64,000 nt of DNA. Origin: Fimbriosthenelais zetlandica (taxonomy: Eukaryota). The stretch is from positions 5,828,001 through 5,892,000 of the forward strand of contig OZ365117.1 in assembly GCA_977030845.1 (NCBI GenBank). The letters are read 5' to 3'. The notes beneath the pieces were generated by a model. It did not search any database. It worked only from the letters and a program-made list of their open reading frames with translations, and had not been told where the DNA came from. Positions 1 through 10,877 of the stretch are shown here, in pieces; positions within the stretch are counted from its first letter, which is position 1; the number at the start of each line of letters is the position of its first letter. The position numbers and the translations under genes were made by a program.

Positions 1-79
1 CTGTCCTTTTGTGACGTCCTTCAGAAATAATGGCAAAATCCAGCTGTTTTCTTCCCCTTTCTCCACACTCTTTTCTTGA

Positions 80-485
80 CTTAAACCGGAAGTTGATTTC
101 CCCGCCACCTTTGAAGGGTAACTGCGCGATCGCTAATGTCTCTACTTTGGTCAGCCAGGAATAGAATCACAAAGACAAAATATAGACATCTGACAATTTA
201 CGGAATTTAACCGTATTTACTCAAATCAGCAAGTTTATTTAATCCACAAGGAGAGTTTTCATGGATCGCGCGTATAACAAATCATAAAGGAGAGTTTGCA
301 TCAATCGCGCGGTTATACCAAGATGGCGGTCAAGGGACGCAAATAATGGGATTTCGCGCTTGGAAAAGTGGATAAATTGTGTTAAACTTAACTGAACACG
401 TAGCAAAGGACGGAACCTGCTGGATATATGACAATATAATCTGTACGTTGACAAGGATTGTATTTTTGAAGCCCAAATCGCAAGT
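80..485 (+). promoter_or_regulatory. CpG-rich promoter/5' UTR of the TMDD1-like gene
   Basis: ETS-type CCGGAAGT near 87, YY1-type CAAGATGGCGG near 319 and several CGCG motifs upstream of the ATG at 486. Confidence 0.5.
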
Positions 486-1220
486 ATGCGTGACTTTTCT
501 CTCACCAAACTTTCAGCTCTGTGGCTAGGCATCTTGATTGTCACGCCCATGTGTTTGTGCACTTTTGACTTGAACGTCCACGAATTACAATACGTTGCGG
601 ACCATTTATCTAAGACAGAATGCAACAAACTTGTGTATAACCTCAAGAAGAACCTACCTCCAACCAAACAACCGCCAATCCCTAAGAAAAAACACAAGCA
701 CAAAGCCAATGAACCAGTGAAAATGAAAACCACCAAATTCCCATGTTTGGATAATTTGATTGAATGGAACAAAAAGGACGGAAAGAAACACACATTTTAC
801 GTGCTTTTCAAAGCCTTGGAGGACATCAACAGACCTGTACTCGCTTCAAAAATCAGCAGGACCGTTTTTAGAGTGAAAGCAGACGCAGTGAAACGAACTT
901 TTCTGGATGACCCCTTCAAGAAGTTGATCCATACTGGATCACCTCTGCTGCTCGAATCCTCGCCCCCACCTGAACCAGTGACTGAAGAAACCAAGGAGCC
1001 TAAATGGACATCCTCCCACACGATCAGTCTCATCTCACTCATCCTAGCCACCGTCCTTTGCCTCTCTGTCTGTGTGAAATTCATAATTGGCGCGAGGAAA
1101 GACAAGAGAAACGAAATTGACAGTTCCCTGAAGGATCTGGAAAGGTTTAGAATGAAGTTGAAGGAAGAGGAATTCTTGGAAATGAAATTGAACGACGAAT
1201 TTGTAACTACTGTACAGTGA
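486..1220 (+). CDS. TMDD1: Transmembrane and death-domain protein 1-like (single exon, 244 aa)
   Basis: N-terminal hydrophobic signal peptide, then a death-fold-like region (VADHLSKTEC...CLDNLIEW...TFYVLFKALEDINRPVLASKIS) resembling my recollection of human TMDD1/C12orf81 (LAELLTPEEC...CREALAAW...[21 protein letters not shown]). One TM helix (ISLISLILATVLCLSVCV) and a short charged tail follow. Confidence 0.75.
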   Translation: MRDFSLTKLSALWLGILIVTPMCLCTFDLNVHELQYVADHLSKTECNKLVYNLKKNLPPTKQPPIPKKKHKHKANEPVKMKTTKFPCLDNLIEWNKKDGKKHTFYVLFKALEDINRPVLASKISRTVFRVKADAVKRTFLDDPFKKLIHTGSPLLLESSPPPEPVTEETKEPKWTSSHTISLISLILATVLCLSVCVKFIIGARKDKRNEIDSSLKDLERFRMKLKEEEFLEMKLNDEFVTTVQ

Positions 1221-1352
1221 CGCACAACCAACGCATTGTGAGAAAAAGGTTAGTAGGCCTACCGTAATATTTCTTTATTTTATTAATTCATGTGAAGAGT
1301 CATCTACAATTGAACTAAAATATCTGCTATGTCCATGCTAAAATTTGAACAT

Positions 1353-3581
1353 TCAATTTTCAGTTTTCTTGTTAATCTCCGCTTTGCGATTTTTCTCAAG
1401 GGTTTCAGAGACTCGATTTAATTCCTTAATGTCCTCAAACAAGTTACCCAGTTCTCTGTGCCTCAGTTCGTTCTGTCTCACTATTTTATTAAGTGGCACT
1501 CTCTCTAAAGAGATGAGGTCGGGTGAGGAGTGTCTGAGAACGATCTGAGGCTGGGATGGCCTGGCCGGCACAAATAGAGCATCACTTCCATTCTTTGATG
1601 TACTTGATGGTGACAGAGACACCACCTCCAGTTTAGTGGTACCCTCCTGTAAGCCCCTCCCCGTCTCCAGCCCCTCTGATGGTCCATTAGATACGGGCAC
1701 TTTAATAGTAGCCTCCAGTTTACCCGCACCTTTAACCTTCAAGTTAATATTCAGAGCTTTTTGGAATTTCAAGTTCTGCTCCGAGTTGTGCCTTTTCTTA
1801 GTGGTTGATTCGTACGCACTGTATGACTCTCCGTTTTCATTGACACTTCCCTGTAAGACTGCTGCGATGGCTTTAGACCGGCGTAGGTCGTCATACTTAG
1901 TCATACTGGAAGTACTGCTGGTAGCTTCCGTCGGGGGTAAGATCACTTTGGGGGATGTCTTGGGTGTACCGATAGGTCTGTAATTGTTCGGATCATAGTG
2001 GAAGGATCTGGTCTTGGTTTCGGCTTTGTTGGCTTCGGCAGTGCTGGCTATGGCGAGCATGATGTTGGTCGTTGAATCAGCTGGTTCGGTATTAGGCCCT
2101 TCTGGACCCCACTGTATGGGGGTAGTGGTTGGTACGTTATATGTCCCACCCTCATGTTCCGTGCCACCACCCTGTGGCGCTCCCTCCCTCATTGAGGCTT
2201 CCACTTCCTGTATGGGGAACTTCCCATCGGAACTCTTCTCATTCTTGAGTGAGTTAGATGCGCTGAGTTTGGGCGGTTTTTGCGGCGCTTTCTTCGCGCG
2301 GTCTTTTTTATGTCTCGGGATCCTTGCCCTCATTAGTTTCCTCGGCTCTCTTTTATATCTCCCCGTGACGAACCATTCAGTGCCTCTCCGCGGAGTCAGG
2401 AGATCTTTTTGGCGGACTTTGATGGTACTTTTCTTCTCCACTTCGACCAGAGCCTTGTTCTTCTTGGCCTCTGCTTCTGCGTTGATCAGTCGCAGTCGTT
2501 CTAGCGAGAACAGCCGCTCTATCGGGTCTGGTTCGAGGTTAGCAGGATCAAATGGATCCTTTGGGGGCGGTGGTTCTTTCTTCTCGTATTTTTGTTTTAA
2601 TCTCTCGGGATCTGCTATTTGTCTGACGCCTATCGTCAGGGGTGGGGGTGATTTGAGGGCCGCACGTCGACGTCTGTCGATCACCTCCATTTTCTCTAAT
2701 TGTTTCCGGGCGTGCAGGCTGGGGGCGCTATCATACATACTAATACTGGGAGCTGGTTTTCTCCTCATGAAGTAGCTCCCTGACTGATTGAGTTTAGGGA
2801 AGGAGTTGACGATCTTGGAGATTTGGATGGTTTCTGATTGTATGAGGTTCTGGTGGAGATGGCTCAGTCGTTGTAGGTAACCCGCTGTCTTGTCTTGTGT
2901 GGGAGAGATGCTGTCATACCATGTAAAACCATCTGGTTTCTGATCTGACATGTTGAAGGAAGGGAAGGAAACTCTAGTCCCAGCTTCTCTCTCAATCATC
3001 CTGGAAAATAACAGTAAAAGATACATAAATAACTCAATAAAAGGGAGTAAAAAGACCAGGAAATAGCAGGTTATGATTCAGGAAGTAGGAACTGCTCGCC
3101 AAGCCAAGTTTTTATTCTTGAATATTACTTCAGGGTTTTATCGCAATCAAAGCTGACAAGGAACCTGAATAGTATTATTAAATAGCCTGTTCTAAAGGCA
3201 CTTGAGCTATATTGATATCATGGATAATTATTGTTATTATTTGTGGAGACATTGCATGTTCTTTTGCCAAAGCAATAGACGAGGGAGCTGGAGCCATGCC
3301 AAATGATTGTGTTAGAGATTATTGACTGTTTTGGTTTCTCCGTTACTCGACTGTGGTTGGCTTAATGTATTATTAAGGGGCAGAGGGATGTGGTTAATTT
3401 TCAATCAGGGTTTATTCACCTTCTCTGGAACATTCTATTTTAGTGTATGTTTTTATTCTAGGCTCTCTTGGGTTGATTTTCAAAAGAAAAAGCCTATAAT
3501 TGTTTTTTCTACGTTTCTGTGTATTCACAATAGTTAAAATGATGTTTTTTCTGGCTACTAATAATCTTACCTAAGTTCCAT
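1353..3581 (-). CDS. Uncharacterised basic, low-complexity protein (~552 aa); model join(3571..3581,1353..3000)
   Basis: Uninterrupted 1.65-kb ORF with a polypyrimidine-CAG acceptor at 3001-3002. A strong GTAAGA donor at 3570 is preceded by ATG GAA CTT AG, which splices in frame (MELR|MIERE...). AATAAA on the - strand at 1274-1284. The upstream exon is less certain than the main exon. Confidence 0.7.
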
Positions 3582-6023
3582 TATGTGTTATGTCACTCGA
3601 CCCTTCGAATAATCCTTTGCATGTGGAGAAAACTTATAATTTCCTGTCCAGAGTATTCAACAGACCTTTCAGCCCATGAAGTTTGTTGCTTTATATCTTA
3701 GTGTATTTCAAAAGATCAAGGTTCAATACAAGTCCTTGAAGAGTATCTTCCTATTCATGACTTTGAAAATGATTTGCCCGGGAAGTATGTCTCTCACTCT
3801 TTGTTATCCACCTTTCTAGAAGTCACAACTGGGACTAGGATGTGGATTAAATCCGTGAAAAGCCAGGAGTATGTAATATAAAAGGTGCTCTTTAGTATTC
3901 CCTGCTGAGAGATCAACTTCTCCTCTGGTCTGATTGCGGTCTCTCTCTCTCTTTTTCTCTCTGTCTCTCCTTCAGAGCCAGGTGTTTTACTGCACGCAAT
4001 GCCTGCCCAGTATAACCTGAGTTAATCTATGGATACGCCTGGAGGATCAAGGCTGAGTAGACTTGCTAAATCCTCTGATAATCCCACTCCCACTTCCCTG
4101 TTTACCACAGGGTGACCTCAGTGATTTTGACTTAAGTATCAAAACTATGTGCCCTATGATCATTTAATAGTCATTTCAGGGTAGCTTATGAATCGAAGGA
4201 TATATAGAGTTGCTCAGTTTGTTCTCTTGTTTTTTTGTATTGAGATTTAAATTGTTATTCGCAGTTCTGACTGGAGTGAGCAAGTCTACTCACTTCCGTG
4301 TCTGTACTCGTTAAACTGCCATTCGCCGAGTTTTATGAAATATTTATACTTAATTACGCCTGGTCGTTCCAAAAGTAACGCACCCTGACTATGATAGCAT
4401 TTTTATAAGATATATATGGGCACGATATTAAATCCCCAAATGGACGAATCAAATTTAATCGTAATTTTCATAATTTGTTTGAGGCATTTGCCAGTTGTTG
4501 CTGTCCTCAAGTTGAATACAATATATCTAGATATACAATCTTTTCTAGATCTGTTCACTTTCACCTGTTCTCTTTAGAAAAATTGGTCTGGTCAACCATT
4601 GTCAAGTTTCTGGCTGCCGAAATTTTGAGGATAAATTCTATAAAACAAGCCCTATGGACAACCAAAATATAGGTCCAAACGACTACTTCTTATATTCTAG
4701 TTTCCCAGTGAATATTCAGGCAGACTCTGTTTTGGTCCTTTGCGCTTGAAATTTGCCTTCATCTCTGGTCACACTTTCCATACATGCTTGTTGTTGATGG
4801 TGTGGTACATGCATGCTGAATGTACCTGTAGTTTTTAACTGCATGTAGCCATGGCTGTAAGTGCTTCAGTCGCTGTTTTTCAAGAATCAGCAGCTGCAGC
4901 AGCAGCCATATGAGTGATCCAATGCACACACCCACACACCCACTCACACACACATACCACATTGTGTGCTGGCTTCTCCCTCCAACACCCTTCACGCCTT
5001 AAACAATATGCCTTAGGTACGTACTATCATTTTCTTCTCTCATTCTCAAATCCATCTCTTTCTAAATATAACTGTGAAGTACATCTTGTCTATTGTCTAT
5101 AGACACCATTTCACTCCATTTTGGTTTGTTATCTCTGTGCATGGATCTGCATGGGTTCCTATTGATTTTACATGTGATACATAGGCGTATCCATGCATGC
5201 TGGCGTGTCGGTTATTCAGTGTTTGGTAGAATTGTAGAAGATTTAACCTAGAAAATTCTAAAAATGTTCAAGAGTTGTAAGTGTACAATCGGATGTAGAA
5301 TATAACAGTAGCGAGAAATGGGGCAAAATAATCAATATTGCTGAGACACAATGTATAGTGTTTTCAAGTGTATAGGCTTGTACAGTGTTTTCTATTTACA
5401 GCATTGTATAATATCTGTGCAATATTTTCATCTTGGACTTGTGCTTTGCTGGGCAGATTATATAAGAATTGGAATGGTCTTTAGTATATATTCCATGTCG
5501 GATGTGAAGAACTAATTACATGGGATAATGCTGTGCTCTTTCTATGCATCATACACTCTCGGTGTGTACAGGGTCGATGTAGTGTTCAATAATTCAATAC
5601 TCCCTGGCAATCTGCCAATAATCCCGATCCTGCCTTTATCTTGGCAGGCCTGGGGGATTAGGCTTAAGTTGTATCTCTTCTCTAGATATCGCCCCGTAGC
5701 TAGCCTTTCATATTTCCCTCGGGGTTTTTTTCGTCAGATAAGAACTACCAATGAAATCGAAGTTGTAAGTTGTAAGGATAACCCAATAGGAGAATATCCA
5801 AATGCAACAGAATCATTTCGGACTATATATTGACTGATATTTGGAATAGTCGAGTGAATGTGTTCTTGGATGTTTTTTTGTTTTTTGCACCGCCACGCCC
5901 ATATATTTATATACAGCTGCAATTACTGCACCAAAAGTGCTTCACGTTTCTTATGAACATATCTTTTACTCCTCCTCTCATTATATTTCCAGATTAAAGA
6001 TACCGACGTAATAACCAATCAGA

Positions 6024-6564
6024 ATGCCTGCTCCCACCGACCAACCCACCACCCCCAGCGGACCAATCAGCAATCAGCCCACCCCGTCCATCTTCCCTGA
6101 AGCTCCGCCCCTCAAAATCAACAAATGGTCTCAAGGTTTCTGTGGTTGCCTCAGCGACATTACCCTGGCAGGCTCCGCCCTCTGCGCCCCATGTGTGATA
6201 TTCGGTAAGAATGCTGAAGCCCTTAGTAAGAACTGTATGATGTGGGGCATCCTTAGTTTCCTACCCTGTGTATTCGGTACCCTTCAAAGAGGCGAAATAA
6301 GGGAGCGGAGGGGAATCGAAGGAACGAGGTGCAACGATTGCCTTTCTTGGTCCTTCTGTCCATATTGCGCTTTGGTGCAAGAAGCAGCTGAAATGCATCA
6401 GGTATGTCCTTTTTCCCCCAGATCTTGACATTTTTCAACTCGAACAAACCCGGCTTAGGCACTTTTCATCTCCGTTAATTTCTTATTCAAAGATTGAAAT
6501 ATTTCTGTTTTCTTTTCAGAGTACCAGAGTTAGCAATGCTGGTGAAGTTATCAACAGAGCGTAG
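6024..6564 (+). CDS. PLAC8/cornifelin family Cys-rich protein; join(6024..6401,6520..6564), 140 aa
   Basis: PLAC8 signature WSQGFCGCLSD...CAPCVIFG...QRGEIRERRGIEG...NDCL...CPYCALVQ. Phase-0 GTATGT donor at 6402 and TTTTCAG acceptor give STRVSNAGEVINRA*. Acceptor at 5992 with an in-frame stop upstream of the ATG. Confidence 0.9.
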
Positions 6565-6854
6565 GGCTACGAACAAACATGCTATAATTATACCACCGTC
6601 TAATATGCTATAGTCGAGAGCAGCAAAAACAGCCCACCTCTCTCTCTGACTTAGCTATGTGTATATGGGAACAACAAAAACTCAGAAAAAATTCATCTCA
6701 TTCTTCACCTGTAAAAACAATTGAACTCTTAGAAGTAGCTTTTTATGACATGGTTGAAATCTTTGTAATTATTTATTTTTCGTCTTGAATAAATTTCTTC
6801 TTATGAAACTGCTTGCTCCCACTCTTACCTCGACACCAATGATTGACGTTCTGT

Positions 6855-7110
6855 CATATTGGACGTATAGAGTGGTGCACGTCTATGACGTAGGCTACGT
6901 CCAAACAACATGGCGTCTCACCCAGTCACCGGGTTGACCAGGCCTTGTACTGTCCTCTTTTTGCGGAGTGCCAAGCGAGTGAGAGCTACTAGTCCCATTT
7001 TTACCGTCTTTGGTATATGACCCGGCCGAACTGGCAACCCTCCACACACAGGGCAATGTTGTTTGGACGTAGCCTACGTCGTAGACGTGCAGTGCTATAC
7101 GTCCAAAATG
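6855..7110. mobile_element. Foldback element: ~56-bp inverted arms enclosing a reversed SINE 5' fragment
   Basis: Arm 6855-6911 is the reverse complement of 7056-7110 with few mismatches. The interior, read on the - strand, matches the SINE head/body seen at 26.96, 28.5 and 43.9 kb. Confidence 0.7.
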
Positions 7111-8124
7111 GCGGACCGTTGCTTGAAGACACGTGAAAAACGACAGGTGCATTCTAATGTGAACAGGTGTTGACCATTGACATATGATCGCAATAGTAGA
7201 TTAATTCGAATTAATCATTATTTTTGTTAAATAAGTGTTCCACTTGTTATGAATCAATTATCTGTTGAACGCGTTGGCATATACATGTATATACATGTAT
7301 TTCTTATCTCGGAAGCTAAAAGTCGATTTGAAGATTTTTTTCTTTGATTTCGTGGACATTCAAGTTATGTCGTGACCTCAGTGTGTATTTTTGTATTGCC
7401 TTTATCTTCCACGGTCCCCTTGTTGAGATTAAGTTACTTTCTGGATATCCTATGAATCTCTATAGATTTTATATCTAATCACATTATCGTATACAGAGTG
7501 TGAACATATGGTAACACAATCAATTTTCCGCATACGACATTGCTGTGTTTCACTGGGCATAATTTATTTCTATGTAAACTTTTAAAGTATCACTGGTTAT
7601 TTGAATGGACATTTTGAAGAATGGACATTTTATAGGATGGTATATCTTCCAAATACCTCCTTCTGAAAGTGTCGAGGAAACGCCTTCCTGGAATGAACAC
7701 TTTACATTTCACAGCTTATTCACTGTATATAGAAGTTTTACTGTAGATGGATGATAATCGGACTATTGGAATAATTTGCCAACATTAGCATATATACATC
7801 CACATCCAAGGGTTCATGTAGGAATCAGACCATGTAATGGAGTCATGTTTGGGTATTTAGTAATTAGAATCACCCAGCCAATCTCGCACCAATACATGAG
7901 CTAATTATAGGAACGGAACGGTACGGAACCCAATTGTAGATCCTTTCACCAGGCGTTGTATATGGACACATGTGTACCTGTTACTAACTGTATTACTTTA
8001 AGGATCAATATCCGTCGTATATATCTACTACAAAAATAATTGACCTGTGCTTGTCGTGTTCAATGACACTGGTGCAGCAGTAGGAGGAATTCACCAACCT
8101 GACTTAGTACACAATCAAAAGACA

Positions 8125-9291
8125 ATGGGCTTCAGCAGCAAGGGTCTCTGGTTCATCCCCGCTATCTGGATTATAATCTCGGTGTATTTAATGATACCTA
8201 ATCTACAAATTAACCCCTCATGCGATTGCCAAGTCTGTATGGGAGATTATGGTTGGCGGAATAGAAGTAGGAATGCGTCTCGGGAGACGTTCTTCACTTC
8301 GGAAGCTTCTAAGATGGGTATGTGTTTCATAGCTCAGAAACCTGGTGTGAATGCTACATTTGGTGATGTCTTACCGGATAAGTATCATCCTTATCTAGCC
8401 ACGAGGACATACCCGACCACAGAGAGAAATGAGAGCTGTGATGGGTGCTTCCCTTATATCTACCATACCATCATCGACCCGGGGGACTGTGAACCCAGCA
8501 AGTTAATGATGCTGGCCCTGGTGACCACCATCCCGTCAGAAATAGAACACAGACTGGCTATCAGAAACACGTGGGGAAAGAAAACCGAGCGTTTTAGAGC
8601 AATTTTTCTCTTCGGCATCGGTTGGAGCACAAAGGAGCAGAACATCTTGGCTGCTGAGAGTGTTCTCTACGGAGATGTACTTCAAGATAGCTATATAGAT
8701 TCTTATTTCAATCTCTCATTGAAAATGCTCAGCGGGTTTAGATGGGCTAATACCAGATGCCCCAATGTGCCTTACATCCTGAGAACAGCTATTGATAATT
8801 ATAATAATATTGAAGGTATGATCACTAAAATGGAATCTCTAACTTCGGATGGTACGGTTTTGATGGGATATTGTTTCCCAACTGGTATGCCAGTGATCAG
8901 GGACCCTAACAACAAGTGGTATGTCCATCCCCTTGAATATAACATCACCTATTACCCTGCATATTGTATCGGATCTTCTTTCTTGCTCACGTCACATACA
9001 ATGATTGTGTTGCTGGCTAATTTTCATAACGTGCCTTATTTTGTGATTGAGGATGTGTATTTTGGAATGGTACTGAAGGAGGCTATGAACAGTACAGACA
9101 CTGTGATGACTATACCGGGGATCAACATGGGCCCCCCACACGTCGGAGAACCGTGTATTTTGGAAGAAAAATGGCTCAGTTTTCATGGAGTCTCCGGTGC
9201 CTCCCACACTAACTTTTTAGCTACAAACTGCAAATATAAATCCCCATTAGAAGATGCATCAACTGAAAAAAATAAAAATAAAAAGAATTGA
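8125..9291 (+). CDS. Beta-1,3-galactosyltransferase-like (GT31/Galactosyl_T), single exon, type II membrane protein, 388 aa
   Basis: N-terminal TM segment and stem. GT31 motifs RLAIRNTWG, DSYFNLSLKMLSGFRWA, KWYV, YPAYCIGSSF and EDVY are present. The DxD position reads AID. First ATG at 8125. Confidence 0.9.
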   Translation: MGFSSKGLWFIPAIWIIISVYLMIPNLQINPSCDCQVCMGDYGWRNRSRNASRETFFTSEASKMGMCFIAQKPGVNATFGDVLPDKYHPYLATRTYPTTERNESCDGCFPYIYHTIIDPGDCEPSKLMMLALVTTIPSEIEHRLAIRNTWGKKTERFRAIFLFGIGWSTKEQNILAAESVLYGDVLQDSYIDSYFNLSLKMLSGFRWANTRCPNVPYILRTAIDNYNNIEGMITKMESLTSDGTVLMGYCFPTGMPVIRDPNNKWYVHPLEYNITYYPAYCIGSSFLLTSHTMIVLLANFHNVPYFVIEDVYFGMVLKEAMNSTDTVMTIPGINMGPPHVGEPCILEEKWLSFHGVSGASHTNFLATNCKYKSPLEDASTEKNKNKKN

Positions 9292-10877
9292 TCCGTATAA
9301 ATCTTGTAATGTTTAGGTAGGGTAATAATCAAATTAAAAGAGTTTGGCTGGCAGTGGGGGGGGGGGGGGGGGGGGAGGGGGGGGGGGGGAGGAAGTGTAT
9401 ATTGGTATAAAAATAACCTTCAATATAAAGCACCAGGTAAGGTAGTCAGGCTTGTGTGTAGGAGGTGGGTGGGTGCGAGGGTCAGCTGTGTCATATAGGA
9501 GAAGGTGACAACCATACAGGGAGACATAAGCAGGCGGAGTGCAGACCATAAGGTTTATTAAGGTAAATACTATTAGTTTTACCCTCGTATATTTCTACAT
9601 TCATTGTCTGTGCATCGTGTCAGGTCGTTTAGTTATCTCCCAGTTCTGGGATTATGCTAGAAAAATGAGGAAACGTGTGTAAAGGTGGTGGTATGGGGCT
9701 GTCCGGTGTGGTTGGACCGGGTGCTGGAATGTAGGTAGGCCTGTATGTAGGCCTAGGCCTACTATAAGCGGGGTATGGAAGACATTGGGGTTTTTTCCAT
9801 GTGAATAGGTAGGAGAAAATGTAGACAAATAAATGTTCACTAACGGTACCGGTACCGGATTTAATTCATAAATCAATTGTTCCCTTTACTATATTCTTAC
9901 TAGGCTAGGTAAATATTTCTCAGAGTGTACCGGTAACCAATGAGTTTTATTTAGGCCGAACATCCGTCCCTCCACCTCGCTTGGGAGACCATTGTCTAAA
10001 GTGGTTGATCTAATTTAATTAATAAGCCTATTAATGTCCATTAATTCATTGATTCAATGCAAGTTTCAAGGGGCTTGATCTCCCGTCTGGTGGCGCCCCC
10101 GCCACATAGACGGCGAAAATGGGAACATTTGCTCAATGGGGGCGTCGATCGGAATTTTCAGCTTTAGTTTTAAATCAAAGAAAGCTCCCAAAATTGAAAT
10201 CAGTCGGTAGATTTACAGGGAGGGTTTATCGCGTCCAAGAGACCAAAGCTAAGTTGTCTAAGCTTGTAAACGGCCTTGTTATCTATTTGGTGCTGCCACC
10301 TTGTGCGTCGTGAGTGAAGTAAGCACCGCCGCGCCTTTACTTCAGCCGGAAACCACCAGGTGGCTGCACTGCTTCCACTAGTCGCCACCATCAGCTGAGC
10401 AGCCAAGCCGGTTCATGCCGGCGCCGCTAGGAATTTTCAGGCGGCGTTTGTAGATCTAGTAAAGCATCTTAATCAGCCAAAATTGAAATCAGTCGGTATA
10501 TTTACATGGAGAATCTATTACATCCAAAACAACAGGGCTACGCTGCCTGTAAGCCCGTAAGCAGTGTTGTGAGCGATAATAGGGGATTTGGCCGATGGGT
10601 CGGAACAAAGATTACCGGCCGGTGGCGCCCTCGCCACCTATACAGCAAACGTAGGAACTAAGATAAGGCCCCGTGTGGTTTCCCCTGAGCCAGCGATAAT
10701 AAATATACCATGCAATTAACTTAATATTTTCACAAATAAGGGTGTTTAGAATGGCTAATATCAAAAAAGGTTGTTGTTTATGGATTGTACATATCGCGTG
10801 AATCTGCGAGACTTGGCTCTTCATATCCAATATGGCGGCCTCTGGAAGGAAATGCAGCAGAAATACACAGTTTTAGG

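Noticed and set aside
239-2775. ORFs 239-793, 797-1231, 1636-1983 and 2014-2775
   Set aside because: Antisense shadows of the two real ORFs, with no family motifs.
4826-4995. ORF 4759-4995 as a coding first exon for the 1353-3000 gene
   Set aside because: It can splice in frame via a GTACAT donor, but the translation comes largely from (GT)n-like sequence and a stronger donor with an in-frame ATG exists at 3570. It is more likely 5' UTR; not excluded.
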